The notes under the pieces were generated by a model that was not told the DNA's origin, did no database searches, and was given only the letters and a program-made list of their open reading frames with translations. Below, in pieces: positions 1 through 7,056 of a stretch of 9,512 nt of DNA. The stretch comes from Rotaria sp. (taxonomy: Eukaryota): NCBI GenBank assembly GCA_905331535.1, contig CAJNZB010000017.1, forward strand, positions 844,090 through 853,601. Direction: 5' to 3'. Numbering within the stretch: position 1 is the first letter of the stretch; each line of letters opens with the position of its first letter. Made by a program: the position numbers and the translations under genes.

Positions 1-1215
1 ACGTGTTTTTGCGTCACCGTTACTGTTATACACTGCACAATATGAGTTCGATACTAAAGACACTAACTATGATTCATTTCACTGGTATTCAAAAACACGT
101 CTTCTTTCATTTTTTTCAAAATGCAAATCTGGAGCTCCCCAAACTCTAAATGTTCCGCTACTTATGGGTCACATCACAGCTATCGATATACCGACGCTTT
201 ATTGTCCAATTTGCATGACATGAGTACGTATTGATAGTAAGAGAGCAATACATTTTTGTCCCTCATGTCGTGAAAGACAAATTGGAGAATGAAAGGAAAA
301 AAAAAAAGTGAAGTATGTGAAAATAATAAAATGAGTTATAATGATTATTTTTTCATTTAAACATTTATATAATCATCTTTTAAACAAAATGTATTGCTTT
401 TGCAGTCTGCTTTTTAAACACAATATAAAATAGCAGGTGTTCTGTATATTTTACCTCTACTTTGTACACCTGCGCCATTAAAAATACTGACAAGCAATAC
501 ATTGACCAATTGAAATTAAGTTCGATAGATATCGTCTATTTGTTTATTTAATTAATTTTCAAAACAAAAGTACGTTTCATTATTTTTCCAAATTGTATTT
601 GTTTACACAAAAAGAAAACATTCATTTCTAGCGAAGGACGTATAGATAATCAAATTTTCTATCCAATCAAATCATTTCAAGTAGGTTATGGTAAGAAATT
701 TTCTTTTCAATATCTGGTCATTCGAGCAAAAGCAAAGTACTCTATTTTGTACTTACCTCGAAAAAACAACGAGCGTTGACAGTAATCGATCGAGTACAAA
801 GAGGACTTAGCTTATTTATTATTGTATTTTTCTTGTTGTTGTCTTGTAATATTGTTTCTTAGACATACTTGCTTTATTAATTCTTTTCGAATATATTAAA
901 TTAGAAATTTCAATGAAATTAACTTTATAGCCTTTTGATGAATGTATGAATACGCATGAACAAAACTAATAATCATTAGTTTCATTTTATCCTTTTTACG
1001 ATAGTAAAAATTAATCCAGAAAAGTATAGCTGAAATCTAATCAAATTGATATATGTATATATTTATCATGATCTGTATGCAATTTTCTTTTGCATAATAA
1101 CATGCGAATAGTTATAACTTTATCTTAGTTTTTATGGATGAGTTCTTGGCTATAGTACTTAATGTTTCAGATTTCTATTTGAAACTTTGTAAGAAAATAG
1201 AGGTTTTATTTTTAG

Positions 1216-4200
1216 ATGTACTTCATCACTATTATCTCATTTGTTTGTATTATTTTTATTAATCTTACATTCGAACAAGGTCCAGGTTCATTTGAAGTTC
1301 GCGAACATAGTCTTAGCCGTCCATATGCTAATGGTATATTTAATAATTTATATTTAAATTTGATTAGTGACTGTTTTCTTTGTTTTAAGTTTTTGCTACT
1401 TCTCATTCATATTGGCAGTTAACTGGTAATACATTAGTTACAGATCGATATATTCGTTTAACATCTGATGCACAAAGTAAAGCTGGTGGTTTATGGAATA
1501 CGGTACCTGTTAGTTATTCTGATTGGGAAATGCACGTTAGCTTTAAAGTTCATGGAGGTGGTACGACTTTGTTTGGTGATGGATTTGTTATTTGGTACGT
1601 TAGAGATCCAAAATTAACTGGTACGTATAAAATTTATCTTAAAAGTAATAGAACTCAAACATCATTAATTTAGTATTCTCTACAATTTTTGATGAACGAA
1701 TATGTATTCTATGTATGAGAAATTCTATCGAAGATGTTTCTGTTGAATAGTTTGAACGTTAATATTCATTCGAATATACCATAAGCATTTTCGTATTAGA
1801 AAAGTTCTAGCTGAATGGTTTTATACTATATTAACCCTTTGGCTACTGAAGAGAGAAAAAAACTCTTTAGAGCTGACTGCATCCAAAGAGCATTCCTTTT
1901 CATAAGACAAGTTCTTAAAACGTGCCCTTATGAAGTGACGTTGTTAGAAGCTAGAGATGACCTACGCTAGTTTCTATGCGAACGAATCTAAAAAAAATGT
2001 ACTATGAATGATTGCGTTAGTTTTAGACGTTGATAAAGTCCATGACGTTCATAAACGGGGGCGGTAGCCAAAGGGTTAAAAAGGATTTGGGTGCTATGTG
2101 AATCTTTCCTTCACCCACATCCATGTAAGCAGATGTCCTAGGCCGAATATTTGATTAAAGCCAATTTGAACTGATGTTTGATAAATATTCTAAGTTCTCA
2201 GAAAAATCATTGAATCTGTTGATCTTTGGTGACATTATTTATTTATTTGTCATGATTGGTATATGGTCTTGAATAGAGATGTGCTCGACCAAATTTTCAA
2301 GGTTTGGTGAAACAAGGACTAAGAGACAAAAAAAGTTGTTCGAACCGGAACTAAAGATTATAGTTAAATATTCTATGATTTTAAGCGAATTATCTTATAA
2401 ATCGTATCAATCAGAACATAATTCAACAGAGATGATTCAAGAAAAGTGCTAGTTACCTACTAAATAAATCTAAAAAACGACTATGGAAAGATGTTTTAAA
2501 TGTGATATAGATTAATAAGGGAATAGTTGTGTCTAGGCTAGGATCAAAGAAAAAAATGTACTAACATCAGGACCTAAAAATTTGAACGCATACATCTCTA
2601 TTCGGAAAGAATGATGATTACTTCTCATTTTTCAATGAAATTTTTGTAATACTAAAAGAACTACATTAGTAAAGAAATGAAACTGGTATCAGTAATTTGT
2701 AATCGTTATTCATTTCACAATAAGTTTAATTAATTTTTTTTATTTTCAAAATAGATTAAAGTTTAGTTCTCTTCAGATTACATTTGTCTACACCATGGGA
2801 TAGCAGGAAAACGTAATTAGTCAAAACCTGAGTTTGTTATAGAACCCTACGGAATAATCTTGTTTGAGTTCCGAATTATGTTTGTCTCATTGAATAAGAA
2901 GTGGTTGACTGTATAAAACGCAGTAGCTGACTTACTGTTTTTCATTCGCTTCCTTGCTATGACGAATTTTTCTTTTCGAACCATTAGGAATGTGAAGAGT
3001 GTAAATCTAAAAAATACTTGACATCGTTCGGGGCTATAAAAATGTGGGAAATCATAATTAACACCTGATGGTTTCTCCATTTTAGCAATAGTTGGTTCAA
3101 ATTCATTATATCTTTACTTATCAGTTGAGCTAAGATAGTTGAACGTGACTGAAATTCATTAGATTCCTTTTACGAGCTCATACAGTCAATCGCGTTTTCT
3201 ATTCGATTGACAGTCATTGGTTTAAATATTAAGATATTTGTTAGAAATAGAAAAATTAAATTATACGACACGCTTTGATAGAAGGACTAAATAAATAGGG
3301 ACAATTCGAATTGTCCAGTGGGATTTTTCAGAATTCGAAACTGTTTCTCAAGACTTTAGTCTATTATTTCAAGGACAGTATTTTAAAATACGCAAACTCT
3401 TGATTGTGAAATACTGGAATAAATCATTGTCGTTCTTCATATTGAAATCTTGAGTTAATGAAATTCATTAATGTCCTTTCTATACTAAGCGCTACAGAAC
3501 TCGAATGCTGTAAAAAATATGAATATATTGTAAATCTACATACAGAGTTTCTCACTGACTATTTCAGCATATTGTTGTAAATTAACTATCATTAAGAATA
3601 TTATAGATAAATCTTTCGGACAGAAAAAAAGAAATAGTAACCCTACTAAATAATTTATGTCATATACTATATCATTAATTTAAATTAACTAACTTTCTAA
3701 TATTTTTATTCTAGGTCCTGTTTTTGGTTATGCAGATAATTTTAATGGATTAGCTATTATCATGGATACATATTCCAATAGAATCGATAATTATAATGTA
3801 AATTTTTTCTTTTATTTATATTAATGTTTTTCTTTTATTTTATTTATTATAAAAATTTGTTTAGCATATTTATCCATATATATCCGCTGTAATAAATAAT
3901 GGTTCACTTCATTATGATCATGATCGTGATGGTGCAGATTTAAATATAGCTGGTTGTGAAGCAGCATTTCGAGGTCGTGATATAGATACTCTTGTTGCTA
4001 TACGTTATCAAAACAATCGTTTAACTGTATCTACTGATATTGATGGAGAAAATACTTGGAAAGAATGCTTTTCAATTGATAATATTCAATTACCAACATA
4101 TTATTATTTTGGTTTTTCAGCTGCAACTGGTGAACTTAGTGATAATCATGATATTATATCAGTACATACATATCAATTAGATTTAAGTGAACAAAGACAA

Positions 4201-4401
4201 AAAGAAGATCGTAAAAATATAATACCATCAGCTCCTTCAGCTCATATGGGACAGATAGATGATGATACTGCAAAAACATCAAAATGGTCGACATTAAAAA
4301 TATTTCTTCTTGTTTTACTTTTGATAATTCTTTGTTTAAGTGGTATTGGTGCTTTTTATTATATGAAACAACATCGATATCATAGCTCAAGATTATATTA
4401 A
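1216..4401 (+). CDS. LMAN2: VIP36/LMAN2-like L-type lectin cargo receptor; join(1216..1333,1390..1620,3715..3797,3865..4401), predicted 322 aa
   Basis: The spliced reading frame gives MYFITIISFVCIIFINLTFEQGPGSFEVREHSLSRPYANVFATSHSYWQLTGNTLVTDRYIRLTSDAQSKAGGLWNTVPVSYSDWEMHVSFKVHGGGTTLFGDGFVIWYVRDPKLTGPVFGYADNFNGLAIIMDTYSNRIDNYNHIYPYISAVINNGSLHYDHDRDG...GCEAAFRGRDIDTLLAIRYQNNRLTVSTDIDGENTWKECFSIDNIQLPTYYYFGFSAATGELSDNHDII...WSTLKIFLLVLLLIILCLSGIGAFYYMKQHRYHSSRLY*. It has an N-terminal signal peptide, L-type lectin signatures (REHSL.RPY, DWEMHV.FKVHG, GDG...WY, GPVFG..DNF.GLAI..DTY, PYIS...NNGS..YDHD.DG, GELSDNHDI), two family-conserved Cys, one C-terminal TM helix and a short tail. All junctions are GT/AG and keep frame. 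Confidence 0.93.
1334..1389 (+). other. spliceosomal intron 1 of the LMAN2-like gene (56 bp, phase 1)
   Basis: GTATAT...TTTTCTTTGTTTTAAG. Removing it joins RPYAN to VFATSHSYWQLTGNT, which aligns without gaps to the VIP36 segment KPYQGVGSSSMPLWDFQGST as I remember it. The unspliced frame gives the 68 aa ORF 1216..1422, which leaves the family sequence here. Confidence 0.85.
1621..3714 (+). other. spliceosomal intron 2 of the LMAN2-like gene (2094 bp, phase 1)
   Basis: Donor AACTG|GTACGTATAA and acceptor TTTTTATTCTAG|GTCCTG. Splicing restores DPKLTG-PVFGYADNF, the conserved L-type lectin continuation. Confidence 0.9.
1832..2079. mobile_element. piggyBac-like non-autonomous MITE (240 bp element 1836..2075 plus flanking TTAA target duplications)
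   Basis: TTAA-CCCTTTGGCTAC (1832..1847) is perfectly reverse-complementary to GTAGCCAAAGGG-TTAA (2064..2079). It has TTAA on both sides, termini beginning CCC and ending GGG, no internal coding capacity, and sits inside an intron. Confidence 0.8.
3798..3864 (+). other. spliceosomal intron 3 of the LMAN2-like gene (67 bp, phase 0)
   Basis: Donor TATAAT|GTAAATTTTTT and acceptor AAATTTGTTTAG|CATATTTAT. Splicing joins DTYSNRIDNYN to HIYPYISAVINNGS. Confidence 0.9.
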
Positions 4402-5217
4402 CATTGTTATTTTATTATGAAATTACTTAACTAAATATTTACATTCTGATTTTTTTTAAATACTAATCTCATTTAATTAAATCAATTGTTTTATTCATTA
4501 ATTTTCCTGTGATAACTTTAGTGTTCTTCTTGTTTAATATACTTTATCAAGCATACAATACTTTCATCTTTTTCATGACAATTGTTTTCAGTATGAGATT
4601 TTATGCTCAATCAATAACGAAAAAAAAAGACTCGTAGGGATTTTATATTTTGTTGAAGGTTTTACGTGTTTTTTTTAATGAAAAAATTTTGGCATAATAA
4701 ACATTTGAAACCGATTAATTGTTTACTATTAGATAATACACCTACATAAGCACTTTATGTTACTGTATTCGGAATAGTTCTTATTAAATGTTTATTATAT
4801 TTAAAAACTCCTTCTAGCACTCGTCGAGTTCGAATCTGAAAAGTCTAGTCTTGACAGGCTCTAGCCATCTGAGAAATTTATAACATGTACTAGTTAACCA
4901 AATATAAAAAACTAGAAAAAAGTATCTCATATCCTCTGGACGACTATTCACTTCCGATTAGAAATATTCATTGAGAGTATCAAAGTATGACCCAACGAAC
5001 TCTAAATCTCAAAAATCGATCTTGATTCGAGTATATTCAAATCGTATAAAACTTTCAGGATCCTTAGGAGCTGCAATAGAAAAGGAATGCTGAGATTTTC
5101 ATCCTTATACCATGACGTTCTTGGAAGATATTCAACAAACAAAAAGTCAAAAATGGCTCATTAGACAACTTGAAATTTTCTAGGTGTCCTCATTTTCTAT
5201 GATTAATTATTTTTTAT

Positions 5218-5433
5218 TTGAAAGAGCATGTCAAAGTGCAATGCCTGATAGAGTCATTGTTGTTTTTATCCTTAGCTTTTAAGCAGAGAAAAAGAATGAC
5301 ATATTCGATACCTTGAAAAGTTCTCAAAAATAAAATAAAAGTTTAATCGATTTATAGAAATGTCCTCTTTTATATAATAACAAAAAAAGTTTTATTCAAA
5401 CGAAATGCACTACAGCTTTACATGCTCTTTCAA
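5218..5433. repeat. imperfect inverted repeat pair, possibly a degenerate fold-back or MITE remnant
   Basis: TTGAAAGAGCATGT (5218..5231) is the exact reverse complement of ACATGCTCTTTCAA (5420..5433). Weaker pairing extends inward (AAAGTGCAATGC versus AATGCACTACAGCTTT). Confidence 0.4.
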
Positions 5434-5514
5434 CCAAAGCGATCGACTCTAATGCAGGTTTTTCGAGAATTCTAAGTTATCCAATCAAAAAAATTTGAGC
5501 AGAGAAAAAGAATG
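5282..5514 (+). repeat. 17 bp direct repeat pair AGCAGAGAAAAAGAATG
   Basis: Exact copies at 5282..5298 and 5498..5514. Confidence 0.5.
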
Positions 5515-5957
5515 TTTTTCAAGCAGAAGTTGACGGAACTCATAGAAAATTTTTCCAAAAAACATGACATGTCAAATAAAAAACCATATATGGTTTGTAA
5601 AAGGTTCAACCTCAAGCTATCCTTCCATGTATTTATTTGAATTAGATATATATATTTCTTCTGACATTTTCATGCATTCTTTTATAAAAATTTGTTTAAC
5701 AAATCAAACAAGACCATGATAGAACAACTGTTTTTAATCGATTTTTTTCCTTTCTAGACAACGATGGTAACTAGTCTTGATGACGGGCGCCTTGTTTTCT
5801 ACATCATAGTAATGCGATAGTACCCGACGAAGGAGGAAAATAACAAAAAATAATGGTAGCCAAGAAAAAAAATAACATATTATGACTCATTGGTTTTTTT
5901 TTCGTATCAAGAAAATAATAAAAACGAGCCTTTTAACTTAGTACATTTTAGATAGCA

Positions 5958-6857
5958 ATGGATCGCTTATTAACACATGTTCGCTCACGAGCATTATTAT
6001 TTATTTCTCCAAGTCGTCAAGTATCTTCATATAAAACAAATTTAGTCGATTTAAAATCTCGTGCTTTAATAAATATTGTCAATCAATTAGATGCCACAAA
6101 ACAAAGTTCATCAATTCCATCATCCGATGTTAATACACCATATGACTTTAATACACGTTTTCCATTACCAGGACATATTGGATTTTCTTATGAAACAAAA
6201 TCAATATCGAAATCTTTTCAAGAAAAAGATTCAGTTAAACAATTACTAAATACGAATATATCATTATTATCAAGATCAACAAATAATGAACAGGAATTTT
6301 TAACAAAATTAATGAATTATAAAAATTTAGAAATTCGTACATATGATTGTTCATCATCATTATGCTCAAACTTAAATAATTTATTTTTAAATTATGATAT
6401 ATTAACGCAACCATTAACAGCTATAACAGTAATATTTAAAACAAATACGGATATGTCAACATGGTCAATGGAAGTTGAAAATGAACGTAATCAATTAACT
6501 GAAAAATTTAACATATTAGCTCAAGAAATATCAACTTATTTAAATTCAAAGCAATATTGGGTAGATTTTATTGATCCATCAAATGGTAAACCTTATTATG
6601 GACCATCTACGTCAGATACATTATTTGAAACGGATGAACGTTTTCGAAATTTTGGTATTAATATTGTTGATTTAGGATGTTGTCGAGTTATTCAGCATTT
6701 ACAACATGGTAAAAGAAAAATAAAATTTTTTTGAAAAATATTTATTAGAAAATTTATTGTAGGTACTCATGTATTTGTTGGTTGCATATTTACAAGTGCA
6801 TCAAAGATGGATCCACATGTTCAAAATCTTCTTAAAGAATTTAATGTTTCTAATTGA
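5958..6857 (+). CDS. MMADHC: MMADHC-like cobalamin trafficking protein (cblD), mitochondrial/cytosolic; join(5958..6708,6763..6857), predicted 281 aa
   Basis: Single-exon ORF through DLGCCRVIQH, then a 54 bp intron, then GTHVFVGCIFTSASKMDPHVQNLLKEFNVSN*. Family signatures as remembered: RFPLPGHIGF, MSTWSMEVENERNQLTEKF, YWVDFIDPSNGKPYYGP, TLFETDERFRNFGINIVDLGCCRVIQH, GTHVFVGCIFT. The N-terminus MDRLLTHVRSRALLFISPSRQVSSYK is Arg/Ser-rich with no acidic residues after Asp2, consistent with mitochondrial targeting. Confidence 0.94.
6709..6762 (+). other. spliceosomal intron of the MMADHC-like gene (54 bp, phase 1)
   Basis: Donor CATG|GTAAAAG and acceptor TTTATTGTAG|GTACTCATG. Splicing restores the conserved HGTHVFVG continuation. 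Without it the frame runs into a stop at KRKIKFF*. Confidence 0.93.
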
Positions 6858-7046
6858 ACAAAGCGAACAAAAAAAAAAAGAACAAATCCCTTCACCTCTA
6901 GAAATTAAAGAACAAAAATTTGAACTAATTATTTTAAAATTATTTTTTAGAATCCATTCTCCAGCAATTTTGTCTTACAAGTAGCTCGCAAACAAAAATA
7001 CATATATTTATATTGCTTATCTATTATTATTATTATTCTTATTATA

Positions 7047-7056
7047 AATAAATAAA
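7047..7056 (+). promoter_or_regulatory. candidate polyadenylation signals (overlapping AATAAA) for the MMADHC-like gene
   Basis: AATAAATAAA about 190 bp downstream of the stop codon at 6857. The hexamer is common in AT-rich DNA. Confidence 0.35.

Noticed and set aside
1212-1406. 64 aa - strand ORF
   Set aside because: It is antisense to exon 1 and intron 1 of the LMAN2-like gene and has no recognisable domain.
2847-3080. 77 aa - strand ORF (MEKPSGVNYDF...) inside intron 2
   Set aside because: No family resemblance, ordinary length for chance ORFs, and no flanking splice or repeat structure to support it.
4154-4390. 78 aa - strand ORF (MSYDIDVVSYNKKH...)
   Set aside because: It is entirely antisense to the well-supported last exon of the LMAN2-like gene. 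The open frame is a by-product of + strand codon usage.
4826-4840. GAGTTCGAATCTG resembling a tRNA B-box
   Set aside because: No A-box or cloverleaf arms could be found at appropriate spacing, so no tRNA call is justified.
1889-5091. 13 bp inverted match between the MITE interior (AGCATTCCTTTTC, 1889..1901) and 5079..5091 (GAAAAGGAATGCT)
   Set aside because: A match of this length is about what chance gives across a 9.5 kb window. It is not accompanied by TIRs or TTAA sites at the second location.
6769-6984. 71 aa + ORF MYLLVAYLQVHQ...
   Set aside because: It overlaps the second MMADHC exon in a different frame. The real frame gives conserved GTHVFVGCIFT, so this ORF is spurious.
7021-7046. 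ATT trinucleotide run and other AT-rich microsatellites (for example TATATATATATATA near 7570)
   Set aside because: Ordinary low-complexity sequence for an AT-rich eukaryotic genome.
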